A stretch of 63,786 nucleotides of DNA, filler included, from Folioceros fuciformis (Eukaryota), in NCBI GenBank assembly GCA_049999805.1. It is 6 parts of 6 records of this genome, joined end to end, with 100 filler letters (N's around TTAATTAATTAA, not from the genome) between each part and the next. Parts side by side here need not be neighbours in the genome. Positions count along the whole stretch, not along the records: positions 62,587 to 63,786 come from JBNGIO010004664.1; 5 more parts are not named here. One strand, 5' to 3'. Shown here piece after piece: positions 62,487 to 63,786 of the stretch (position 1 is its first letter; every line of letters begins with the position of its first letter). A model generated the notes under the pieces. The model saw only the letters and a list, made by a program, of their open reading frames with translations. It made no database searches and was not told the origin of the DNA. A program made the position numbers and the translations under genes.

Positions 62487-63498
62487 NNNNNNNNNNNNNN
62501 NNNNNNNNNNNNNNNNNNNNNNNNNNNNNNTTAATTAATTAANNNNNNNNNNNNNNNNNNNNNNNNNNNNNNNNNNNNNNNNNNNNGTTGTGGGTCTGTT
62601 GGCCGCGAAGCGAGAGTAGTCAAGTCGAGTCGCGACGGGGGACGGCGGTGTAGCCGGCTGGAGAAACCGTGAGTGTGAGAAGGCGAGAGTCAGAGGTAAG
62701 GTGAGTCTGTAGGTGAGATTGGTTAAACGACTATGGAAGTCTGGAGTATTAAGAACCCAGGAACATCGCTTAGACCCAGAACGAGGTCAGGAGGGGTAAG
62801 TCGTACCTAGAGTTAGAGAGAAGAGAGATAGAGAGAGAGAGAGTGGGGCCCACTGAGGTAGTAGAATCTGCGACCGTCGTCGAGTCGCGACCGAGGTAGT
62901 CAAGACCTGAGGTAGCCGAAGTGTCCCCGGGGTAGCTGAGGGACGGTAGTTGAAGAGACCCACTCCGGTAGCCAAGTGAATTTGTAGGGGGGATCATGAT
63001 TGGGGTAGCGGAGCCGCAATGAAGGTAGCGGTAATTGAGCGGCAGGTAGAAGAGTGGAAGGTAGGTAAAGACTGACCCTGGGTAGTAACTGACTTTATAA
63101 GAAAACCTGTGTTATTTAGCACAAATCATTCCCTTGGGATTGAATCCCAATGCTATAACAACAAAGAGGGTTTAAGTGGACCTCGCAGCATCCCTGGGTG
63201 CAATATTTTCCCCCACAACAAGATATTCCAAATGTGGAAGAGGAGTGAGCTCCCTGAACAGATAGTAGGAGGAAGCTCTGGGACAAAGAAATGTGCAAAA
63301 GCCAAGAGGAAACTTGGGGAAGCTGAACTCGCTTCCAGTAGTGCGCAAATATCAGATAAGTCATTGAAGAAGGTTGTAGCAATGCAGGGAAGGCCTTGAG
63401 GGCTTTTCAAGGAGTCCCAGCAGGGGTTAAAGGCAAGGAAATGCTTATAGCTGTGACGTCCGCAGCAGCTGCATCCCTCACCCTCTTGCTCCGCACCT

Positions 63499-63786
63499 GC
63501 TCTGATACCAGTTGAAGGATCTCTAGAGGAGGTGCATAGTGAAGGAGGAGAAGAGGAGGCAAGGAGGAGAGGAGAAAGAGAGATCACACTCTCACACAGA
63601 GTCTCAATAGCAGGGGAGCTCAAGGGGGTATTTATACCCTCTAGAAGAGCTCCCTAGGAAGCTTCACAAGAAGCGCACATGAAGTTGCGCAAGAAGCTTC
63701 CTACAAATTAGCTTAAGCTAATCTAAACTAATGATATTGAACTAGATACTAATCTTAGACTAAACACATTAGTCTAAGCACATTGG
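63499..63786 (-). mobile_element. 5' LTR end and PBS of a minus-strand LTR retrotransposon
   Basis: Minus strand reads ...ATCCTTCA (LTR end at 63513) AC TGGTATCAGAGC (63510-63499), with TATAAATA within the LTR at ~63636-63629. Confidence 0.8.

Overview
This is eukaryotic land-plant nuclear DNA. A bryophyte/hornwort-like genome is inferred, not proven, from compact genes with ~90-110-nt introns, a PLS-class PPR with a WW-like PG box, and canonical miR156. The assembly is a draft: five plain 100-N gaps, one 10-N gap and five artificial N44-TTAATTAATTAA-N44 linkers, so adjacency across linkers is unproven. The left part (2-27.5 kb) is gene-dense: RPS13, plastid-type lipoyl synthase, a PLS-E PPR editing-factor-like gene, a decayed LINE, a phytocyanin carrying a miR408 site, a tandem MIR156 locus, guanosine deaminase, dephospho-CoA kinase and a Dicer-like gene. 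The right part (28-64 kb) is repeat-rich: a ~4-kb satellite, a full-length decayed Ty1/copia element with 183-bp LTRs and a CTTCT target-site duplication, a CHX antiporter, an AT-rich Zn-finger ORF, and further nested LTR-element fragments. The most notable observations are: (1) a Dicer-like protein whose RNase IIIb catalytic Glu is Gln and that may lack the helicase; (2) a decayed DNMT3-like cytosine methyltransferase lying upstream of a PPT/LTR; (3) an unrecognised accessory ORF family (F-x-PRHPN-x-VL) plus a spliced antisense ORF in copia elements; (4) a structured, over-long RPS13 intron with an alternative PTC-generating donor; (5) a bicistronic MIR156.
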